A stretch of DNA of 62,658 nt, the filler included, from Basidiobolus ranarum (Eukaryota), in NCBI GenBank assembly GCA_040143965.1. It is 7 parts of 7 records of this genome, joined end to end, with 100 filler letters (N's around TTAATTAATTAA, not from the genome) between each part and the next. Parts side by side here need not be neighbours in the genome. Positions count along the whole stretch, not along the records: positions 53,816 to 62,658 come from JASJQH010007788.1; 6 more parts are not named here. One strand, 5' to 3'. Of this stretch, positions 53,716 through 62,658 are shown piece after piece. The number at the start of each line of letters is the position of its first letter. The stretch's first letter is position 1. The position numbers and the translations under genes are program-made. The notes beneath the pieces are model-generated. The model was not told the origin of the DNA, did no database searches, and worked only from the letters and a program-made list of their open reading frames with translations.

Positions 53716-53815
53716 NNNNNNNNNNNNNNNNNNNNNNNNNNNNNNNNNNNNNNNNNNNNTTAATTAATTAANNNNNNNNNNNNNNNNNNNNNNNNNNNNN
53801 NNNNNNNNNNNNNNN
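53716..53815. other. Artificial contig spacer
   Basis: N44-TTAATTAATTAA-N44. Confidence 0.99.
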
Positions 53816-54815
53816 ATGTCACATTCTACTTCCAAAGCATGGATGGATCCTTCAGTGACCTCACCCTCGGGGTATCCCTTGAGACTTCCATGCTCAGCCT
53901 TGTACTCTCCAAGCTTCTCAATGTCCAAACCATCCTTGTTGTAGACACAGAACTTGCTATCAGCTACAGCAACAACCTTGGCTCCATTGGCAATGAAGAA
54001 CTTGGCTGCGTAGAAGGCGACATTACCGAAACCTTGGAGTGAAACGGTCTTGCCTTCAATGTCACCAGAGAGTCCAGTGGCCTTCTGGACAGCCTCATAT
54101 TTCAAGAACTCACGAGTACTGTAGTACACTCCAAGTCCAGTAGCCTCGGTACGTCCACGAACACCACCTTGGTTGATTGGCTTACCGGTGATACAGCCAG
54201 CTGCGTTGATATCAGTGGGGTTGAGTTGACGGTAGGTGTCCATGATCCAGGTCATCTCACGTCCGCCAGTGTTCACATCAGGTGCTGGAACATCAATACC
54301 AGGACCAAGGAAGTTCTTCTGGCAAAGCTCCAAAGCGAAACGACGAGTGATGCGCTCCAACTCACCAACAGTGTACTCTCTGGGGTTGATGGCCACTCCT
54401 CCCTTGGCTCCTCCGAAAGGAACATCGACCACAGCGCACTTGTAGGTCATGAGGGAAGCCAAGGCTTCAACTTCTTGCATATCGACATCTTCAGCATATC
54501 TGATACCTCCCTTGACTGGAAGCTTATGACGAGAATGCTGAGCGCGATAAGCACGGACAATTTCTGTTTCACCATCTTCGCGCTTTATGATTACATTAGC
54601 TTTAATATCCTACGGTAAGTATTTACTGTTAGACTTACCTCAATAGGGAATGTTACAGATAGTATGGCGTCGACGCCACGAATGGTGCTTAGTGTCGACT
54701 TTTTCACTCCACATACTTTGGCAGCTTGATCGAAGTAAGCCTCTACACATTCTAGAAAATCGGGTTCGTGCGCTTCGCAAGCAACATTTTCGTTTCCGTG
54801 AAATTTGGCGGACAT
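53816..54815 (-). CDS. GLUD: Glutamate dehydrogenase, GLUD1-like hexameric type (3'-truncated)
   Basis: EPDFLECVEAYFD, YRAQHSRHKLPVKGGIRY, LMTYKCAVVDVPFGGAKGG, GPGIDVPAPD, TGKPINQGG and QGFGNV, with one intron near 54583-54639. Confidence 0.93.
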
Positions 54816-55730
54816 TTTTAAATTTTCTTCCTATTCAATTTAGATGGAAGTAGATTCTTCAGCAGGGTCCTTTTTATAGATTGGTTTTGTCAAAAACAAG
54901 CTTCTTTTTGACCATCAATGTTCTACCATCATTGATCCCAAATGCGATCAATCTCTCAAGTTTTTAGTGGCACCCTCGTAAATACCAGTGGAGCTCCAAC
55001 ATTCAACTATGTACTCATTGTATTAAATGCTATAATAATAGCTTGGCGCCTATATACGCTCAGCACAGGATCCTAACCCGTGCATCCCACTTGCCCGTAT
55101 TTTCTTTCTTGTGCACGTTACAGCAGGGTAATGTTGAAAAGATAGTTTCCCACACTGTATTTGTGGACTGTATGGAAGCCGCGATAATCAAATTATCTGA
55201 TGAGATGAAAGCAACAGACACTCTAATATTATAGATGATCAAGCCCTTAGTTCTGGTTAATTCAAGGGATTTCGTTCATATGAATTATTACTCGGGCAAG
55301 TACGGTGAGGGTCATCATAAATTCCCCGATATACCCGTAAAATACCGAAGGCACCCGAAGAAACCCGTGCAATGTTTACAAATTTAACCGAATATCTACA
55401 TCACGTGTCAGTACTGCTTCATCACTGAATCGAATGTTGAGAAGCCATCAACAATATGTTTAGAAACTACCTAGCGTCAACTTCTACCTAATATCTACAC
55501 CATGCAGTAGAAAGTCAACATCTAACTATGAGGTAGTAAATCAGTATTTAACGTATATTGACATGTGAAGTAGTAACTCAGCATCTAACGTATATCTACA
55601 AAAAAAAGTAGTAACATTGTAATGGTGAATGAGGTGGAAAATAAATTCATTGAATTATAAAATAGTAAAATACATTGAAGTAAATATTCTGATACAGGCT
55701 TAGCCATGGTATAGGAATGGCGATGCTTGA

Positions 55731-56783
55731 TTAACCGATCATTTTACTCATATCATCAGGAGGATACTTCGTCTGGCAAAAAGTCATCAGCCGTTTAATG
55801 GATTGAATCCATTTTCTTTGCGTTTCATCGTTGAGTACGTGAGCGACTTGGTTAGAGAAAATCTTTTCACGGGCTGAACGCTCATGGATACCAACCATCG
55901 TCACACCAATAGGCCAAGGTGAATTACCGATAGAAAGACGTAAATACGAATCGTTAGCTTGAAGATACTCTCTCTGTTGCATACGTTGTACGATTTCCGT
56001 AATTCTGGCTAGAACGTCTCTTTCTAGCTCTTTGCGTTTCAACAGCTTGAAGAATGGAGCCAAATACTCGGCTGTTTGCTTTTGTGTAGCAGATGCGTGT
56101 TTTCCTTGAGTACTTCTTTTTATGTGTTCAGGTCGTTCGTGAAGGTCTTGTTCCCATTCACGTAATAGGCGTTTAAAGTAGGTATATATTAGGCCGTAGA
56201 CCTTCTCTGGCTCATTACGCAATGTCTCTAAAGATATCTGAGTCATGTCAACTGCGCGTGTATTGTCTTCCCTTTTCTTTTTCTTTTCACTATTTTCAAC
56301 TTCGCCTGCTTGCTTCTTCAAATTTTCAAGATCTAAACCAGCCTCCATAGCTTCCAATGTTTTCATGAAATCGTTACGTTGACCTTCAGATCTTTCCTCC
56401 ATAAGCTCTAGTGTTCGTAAACGGATGTTTCGCTGTTTATCAGTTTCACCAAACATGCGAATGGGCTCTCCTTTGGCGCGTAAACGACGAATCACTTCAT
56501 CAGCAGGGGTATTCAATATTTCGACGACAGGATCCTCCGCGTTATCGGTATTTTTATCAGAATCCTCTTGGGAATCTTCGATCTTTCCTAATCTCTCCAA
56601 AAGCTTCTCTTGACGCTTTTGCTCCAATTTTTCTTGTTCCTCTAAATATTCTTGTTCTCTAATCTTTTCCAGATCAGCCCGTTTTACAAACTTCTTATTC
56701 TTTCCTTCCTTTCCTTGGACTTTATCTAGAAGTTTTCTCTTCTTTTCAATCTCTTCTTTCAAACTGGCCGATAGAAAGTCCAT
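55731..56783 (-). CDS. PRP18: Pre-mRNA splicing factor Prp18
   Basis: PRP4-like motif EVIRRLRAKGEPIRMFGE and Prp18 domain IGNSPWPIGVTMVGIHERSAREKI...KRLMTFCQ. Intronless 350 aa. Confidence 0.96.
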   Translation of the reverse strand: MDFLSASLKEEIEKKRKLLDKVQGKEGKNKKFVKRADLEKIREQEYLEEQEKLEQKRQEKLLERLGKIEDSQEDSDKNTDNAEDPVVEILNTPADEVIRRLRAKGEPIRMFGETDKQRNIRLRTLELMEERSEGQRNDFMKTLEAMEAGLDLENLKKQAGEVENSEKKKKREDNTRAVDMTQISLETLRNEPEKVYGLIYTYFKRLLREWEQDLHERPEHIKRSTQGKHASATQKQTAEYLAPFFKLLKRKELERDVLARITEIVQRMQQREYLQANDSYLRLSIGNSPWPIGVTMVGIHERSAREKIFSNQVAHVLNDETQRKWIQSIKRLMTFCQTKYPPDDMSKMIG

Positions 56784-57616
56784 TATAAAAGCTACTGAGA
56801 AAGAAAATTAGTTGGAAAGAGTAAATTTGATTAATAAATTTAAACTAGCATCTATAAATGATATGTTTTTCAATTCACATAATTTAGCCCCGTAGATAGA
56901 ATGCTCTAAAAAAAATGCTGGCATCAAGCGCAGCAGTCACTGAAACCGTTCTGCTTAATGTACCAATCATTCGACCCAGTACATGACCAATGGTTGTCAA
57001 TGGAGTTGCGATTAAGCAAATGCTCTTCCAGAAGACTTATTGGTTAATGGGCGATTTAGTTTGTGCTGTTGTTTACAATTTAAGCACCAAAGGTCGATTA
57101 AAAAGCTGCTTATTGTTAGCGATGAAGATTGCGAGGATTCCATACAGCACCGCTTCCATGATTAGTACAACTTCTTGCTCTTGGTGAGGACAACTCATTC
57201 ATTGCGCTATTATTGCGCTATTTAGTTGATGTTCTCAGCCAGGTTAGCATGGATAAACTAGGATTTGGTGATTTAATTGATGATTTTTGCTATCAGTCCC
57301 CCAGACAACGCGACCAGTCCCTGCTTTATTTGACACCAAGTAGTTTCTCTAGTTTCTTGTTACGCTCGGTTTTTTTTCTTTCCATTTTTTACCTTTTTCT
57401 GTTCAGTTTGTGGTCATTAGGGAATAACTATATTTTATATTACCTTTTATTATATTGACCACCAACGTAACTTTTCTTTCACTTTAGCTTTTCCCCTTCG
57501 TGGTCACTCTTTAGCATCGCATAGTTTTGCTTTCATCCAAACCAATAAATATATAGAATACTTTGGCTTAGATTGACCATTCGCCAAAACCACACACACA
57601 TATATTTCGCGGAAAA

Positions 57617-60078
57617 ATGTCCACTTCTTCCAACATCTACTCCGCTGTTTATTCCGGAGTTTCAGTCTATGAAATGATATGTCGCGGAATAGCCGTGATG
57701 CGTCGTCGTAGCGATTCCTATTTGAATGCGACCCAAATCTTAAAGGTTGCAGGGATTGATAAGGGAAAGCGAACGAAAATTCTGGAACGGGAGGTATTAA
57801 ATGGGGAGCATGAGAAGGTACAAGGTGGATATGGTAAATATCAAGGAACCTGGTATGTGACTTAACTTTAATATACCATAATACTTGTTGAAAAAGTGAA
57901 ATCCCTCTCCTCTTCTCTTACATTTATCAACCTTTTTATCTTATACTCTTGGTCAAAGTACTTTTACTTCCAAATAATTTTTACTCATGTTCGTTTCTTC
58001 GTATATTCAGGATCCCTTTTGAACGTGGGTTAGAGTTAGCAGAACAATATGAAGTGGAACCACTTCTTCATCCGCTATTGTATTATAACCCTACTGCCAA
58101 CGGTTCCAAAGATAGAACTCCTACTAAGGAACAGGCTCGAGAGCAAGCGTTGGCTGCTAATAAAGCATCCAGCGGAACCCTCACCAGTTCTCAAAAAAAG
58201 AAGAGAAATTCACCAGTTCCACCTACACCTAGCCCACTGGTCAAACGGTCTCGAGGACATTCCAATTCCCGGGCAGTGAGTCGTGTTTCACCCACACCTT
58301 CACCACTTCCTGTCACCAATCCTCGGGATGAATCACCACTCTCTAATTCATCGAATCCCAGAAATCTTGACCTCCCAAAGAAACGGCACAAGTACGTATC
58401 CAACGTTGGCTCACCTTTGGTGAATATTCCAATTACAAATATCCCGTCCACTCTTCCCCTTTCTCGAGGGGCCATCAGTTATAACACCAATCAACACGAT
58501 GTGGGGAATGTAGAGCGGTATCGTAAAGCATTGATGGGGGTGTTTATGGGTGAAAATGCACATAAGCTACCATCCATCCTTACTGATCCATGTCCACCAT
58601 CCGATTTTGACGTTGACATGATCATTGATGAGCATGGACATTCGGCCCTTCATTGGGCTGCTGCACTCGGACGAATCTCTGTTCTTGAACGTCTCTTCCA
58701 AATGGGAGCCAATCCATTGCGGACAAACGCATCGGGTGAGACTGGACTGGTTAGAGCGGTGCTAGTTACCAACAATTTTGACTGTCAAACGTTCCCTGGA
58801 CTACTTCAGTTCTTCAAAGATACGGTAACCATATCGGATCACAAGCAGCGAACGGTGTTTCATCATATCGTGTTGACCGCCTCTGTCAAAGGCAGACTAG
58901 AGGCCGCTAACTATTACATGGAAACCATGCTGGAGTGGATGGCCAGGAATGATATGAAGTTCTTCGATGTGGTGGATCTTCAAGACCGAAAGGGAGATAC
59001 CCCACTCAATATTGCAGCAAGGTTGGGAATTCGTGGATTAGTTAGACAACTACTGGATGTTGGGGCGAACCCAGATCTCCCAAATCGTGCTGGAGTTAAG
59101 CCACGAGACTTTGGGATTATTGACACCTCTAAAAGCAAGGTAATTCCCATTCTGTTTCTTTTGTTTTCTTACATGCCTCTGCTTCACCGCCTGTTTACAT
59201 GACTTGGTTCACTTGGTACTTCTGTTAGGACGAGAATCCGATGGCTCAACCAACATCTAGTGAAGACTCATCCGAAGTACTAGCTCCCTCCAAGTATGGT
59301 ACTGAGCTGGTTAATGGTTGGTGGTTTTTCTATGATCATACGAATATCGGGTTTTGTTGACAAGGTCGAATTCTTCCATGTAGCCGTACAGAAGATGGTT
59401 ACCGAGCTAGAAACCACATTCACTACGGAGATCAACAGTAAAAGGCACGAATTGATAGCAGCCAAACTAGAACTTCAAAATGCCACCAAAGAATTAGGAG
59501 AGGCCAGAAGGCAAATTGACCAGATGCAAGCACAGGTTCAAGAATTTGAAGAGACCCAATCTAAGATGACATATCTGGAGAAAGCTATACACAAAGAGAC
59601 GGAAAAAATCCCCCCTTTAAAGAAGCAATTGGTTCATTTGGAGGATTTAAGACCTAAGATTGAACCAGTCTCCACACAATTCAACTTCCCTCGGACCCCA
59701 GAAACTCCAAGCAATGTTCGTGATCGTAATAATCAAATCTCAACTGGGCTCAGTTACGAGCAGCAGCTTGAACGAGAGATAGGCCATCTTCGCTCCCGAC
59801 TTGCTGCCTATGCCAAGAATGATGCTGAGCTAAGGCGTGAAGTTGATGAGATGCGCCACCAATCCACAGAGAAAGAGCAACAGTGTAAGAAGCTTATTGC
59901 TGCTTGCTGTGGTGTGCCAGTAACCGAAGTTGACACTCTACTCGGGTCACTTATCAAGGCAGTTGAAAGTGACCAAGAGGTGGATCTGCAAATGGTCGGT
60001 CGGTTTATGGCCGAAGTCAGAAAGGAGGGGTTTGTTGATGAGAAGAAAAGAGAGAAGATCTTCCCTAGGTCACCTTGA
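57617..60078 (+). CDS. APSES/KilA-N + ankyrin G1/S transcription factor (Mbp1/Swi4/Res family)
   Basis: [14 protein letters not shown]...[20 protein letters not shown]...[17 protein letters not shown], ankyrin repeats ([21 protein letters not shown]), and a coiled-coil C-terminus with KKLIAACCG. Confidence 0.94.
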
Positions 60079-60350
60079 GTAAATCTCAAATTCATCAGCC
60101 AAACCATATCTTCCCACAAAATATACGCATTAATACTGTTTATATGTTGTATTTCATATGCACACACTTCAACCCCTTCTTTATTGATCTAATTCCAATA
60201 AAATCATTGAGAAAACACTATTACATTTGCTTACTGCTTAGAATACAATAAATCGGAGTGAAATCCAGTGAAAAATATCCGTCAATCCTTTTTTTAGTTT
60301 GAATATAAATAGGATGGAGGTTAGATTGACCCTCTTGGGCAGTAATAGTC

Positions 60351-62093
60351 ATGGATAGTGGACCAATTCATTATGTTTCAAAGGATACCAACTTCATTCC
60401 TACCAACCCCGAGGAATTCCTTTCGTCAGGTAGCAATGTCGAAGCTATGATAACTGAGGATACACCAGTACCAGTACCAGTACCCTCCCCCTCACCTTTA
60501 CCTACACCAAGCCCAGGTTTAGTTTCGATTTTGAAAATTAAAATTAGAGATTCATTCGAGGCCTATTTTAGCGATGAACAGATTAAAGCCACTTTGGCTC
60601 AGGTTAAGAGCTCCTCCTTCGAAGATGGTTGTAAGTACCTTTCCTTCAAAATCAATACCATATATTTTGTTCTTTTTTTGTTTACTTCTTGCAGTCCCTG
60701 TTGGTCCAAGTTCATAGCTGACGATTGAAAAATACAAAACATGACACTATTATGGACTTTACTCGTGTCACTGTATTTTAGTATCTTTTTTCATGGTTTT
60801 GAGAAAAATGTTCTATTTATCTTTACTTGATGTTCTTGGATTCCTTGACAAAATCGTAACCCCCCAGCACGTTCTTTCTCCTTACGTTTAGTCAATTGAA
60901 TTTATTAGGGGTACCTATCGCCATGTTGGCCTCGTTTAAACGGGTCAAGAATATTTCCAACGATTTACACTTGATTCTTACCGCGTTGAAAGAGTCGAAT
61001 ATTTTGGAAGTTAGTCAAGATCAACTGAAAGTTCGACGACAAGTACCCTTTACTGGGTTTATTAAAGCAGATAAAGATGAAAATACCATATATGCGGTAA
61101 AGTTTATTCAATAAGCATAGAATATATTTTTCAATGCTCCCCCGTATTAATGATAACGTCTACATTTAGAATGGATTCAGTAAAACCACTTCTATAGAGG
61201 ATATGAAAGAATACTTTTCGCAATTCGGTACTGTTTGTTCTACTGTGTTGATTAGACCCGTTACCGATCCTAAATATAAAGTAACTATAATCACTGGTTC
61301 AACTTTCACTATTTATCCCTCTAATTCAATCCACTTTATTAGGGAGCAGCATTTATTGAATTCTCATCGATTGAAGAAACTTCTCGAGTACTCAATGTTC
61401 AACATATCCATGATGGAAAGCAGATAAATGTCAGCTTGAAAAGGTAACGTATCTTATTGGTTTTAAATTGAAAAAACTCCATTTATTAATTCATTGTTCA
61501 TATCTATAGAATTCAAACTAAACAAAGTAAATCTAAAAAGAAATCCAAGACTAAGTCAGAACTCAACCGAGTAATCTACTTCTCTGGTGTGGATCCTTCT
61601 ATAAGTCATTCAATAATCAAAGTATGTCGCTTTAGTTCAAACTATCAATGTCATCCTTCCGCTTTACCTCACTCTAACATTTATTTCGTTATAGGAGTCG
61701 TTTTTGAAATTCGTCGAAGTCACCTTTGTAGACTACCGCAGAGATGAAACCACTGGACATGTTCGATTAAAGAAACCTTTGGCTCAACAAACGGTAGAGA
61801 GACTTCAACAGATGGGCTTCTCTATTGGTACAGAAGTGGTCCAATTAAAAGCGCTAACGGAGAGTGAAGAAAAGATATATTGGTCGGTAGTGAAAGAATT
61901 CGAACCACTACCTAGTACCAGTCATCGAACCAACCCTAGAACGAAACCCCCTCGCGGTGTCGCAAGAAATGGTTCACACAAACATGATAAACATCGACAA
62001 AACGCTGGTCATCCCTATAATCGACCGAATAAACGAGTAGATGGTATCCGTAAGATGATGGAGAATATGCACTTTTCTCCGGTTCAATCATAG
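60351..62093 (+). CDS. La-module RNA-binding protein with C-terminal RRM2/xRRM (La/LARP7-like)
   Basis: La motif FEAYFSD...EDG|WVPIAMLASFKRV...KVRR (intron 60631-60908), RRM1 (KEYFSQFGTV, KGAAFIEF), a Lys-rich linker and an xRRM-like VTFVDYRRDETTGHVRL...EEKIYW. Confidence 0.82.
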
Positions 62094-62658
62094 AATGTTC
62101 ATTTTAAATCCAATTTCGAAACCTTACAAGTTATATAGTTTTTAAAACTAGTGTAGGTTAGATCATGTACTATTAATCTTAAACACTAAACATCCTCCAA
62201 ATTTATCTTTGTTGCTCTTTTCCAACCAAAGTAGATTACCTGATCTTGGAGCTGTAGTTCTGTTTCTATATTTACAATATTATAAAATGAGACTACATTT
62301 TTGGGACATAATAATAGTGCAAGTGGATAAGTGATGCGTGATGCGTGATGTGTGATATCAATTCACACGGATAAATGTGGAGAGAGAATTTAAAATGGTT
62401 GAATAAATTTAATGCTTGATGATTAGAAATGTATGACTATTATCTAATTCTGAAATAAATTAAGTAATGAGCTATATGAGATGTATCAAAAGTTATGTCT
62501 TCTAGCTAAGAAGGCTATGGTTAAAGTATAAGCTTGGGAGCATAAGCAGCAAAGGAGAAAAGAAGGCCAGCGACAAGGCCAGCAAATGGCAAGGTCAAGA
62601 TCCAAGAAAGGAAACACCATGCAATAAGGCGCCAGTTAAGTGAGCTAGTTGTACCGTT

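Noticed and set aside
3295..62093. Apparent cluster of animal-like genes (SGK3, MTR, RNF4, RABL6, GLUD, LARP7) as one system or as animal contamination
   Set aside because: They lie mostly on unlinked contigs, and fungal-type genes share those contigs (PRM10 with MetH; APSES-ankyrin factor with GDH and La). Ancestral retention in an early-diverging fungus is the simpler explanation.
62331..62356. (GTGATGC)n short tandem repeat
   Set aside because: About four degenerate units in AT-rich intergenic DNA; neither telomeric nor CRISPR-like.
1..62658. tRNA/rRNA genes, CRISPR arrays, U12-type introns, selenoprotein read-through
   Set aside because: None recognised by eye, and the introns I traced were ordinary GT-AG. 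tRNAscan-SE and Infernal were not run, so small RNAs could be missed.

Overview
Eukaryotic, intron-rich, AT-rich DNA from what appears to be an early-diverging (non-Dikarya) fungus. Zoopagomycota or Mucoromycota fits; Basidiobolus is plausible but not proven. The window is not one locus. It is seven ~8.9 kb contigs (8895, 8882, 8875, 8862, 8853, 8848, 8843 nt, strictly descending) joined by artificial 100-nt spacers (N44-TTAATTAATTAA-N44), so gene order across spacers means nothing. Recognisable genes: PX-domain SGK-type kinase, B12-dependent methionine synthase (partial), Prm10/ThrE, ADP/ATP carrier (5' fragment), UBA1, RPA190 (partial), SAC1, an RNF4-like SIM+RING ligase, RPL35, a small secreted His-brace LPMO-like protein, an alpha/beta hydrolase, cyclophilin B, SAR1, RABL6 (partial), GLUD1-type glutamate dehydrogenase (partial), PRP18, an Mbp1/Swi4-family factor and a La/LARP7-type protein. 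There are also decayed Copia and Gypsy LTR elements and a decayed family-B DNA polymerase fragment. I found no multi-gene novel system. The best leads are the very compact LPMO-like protein, the PolB relic (possibly an endogenous large DNA virus), several animal-type genes, and near-total CpG loss over the Copia DNA. All calls come from reading the sequence by eye; no searches were run.
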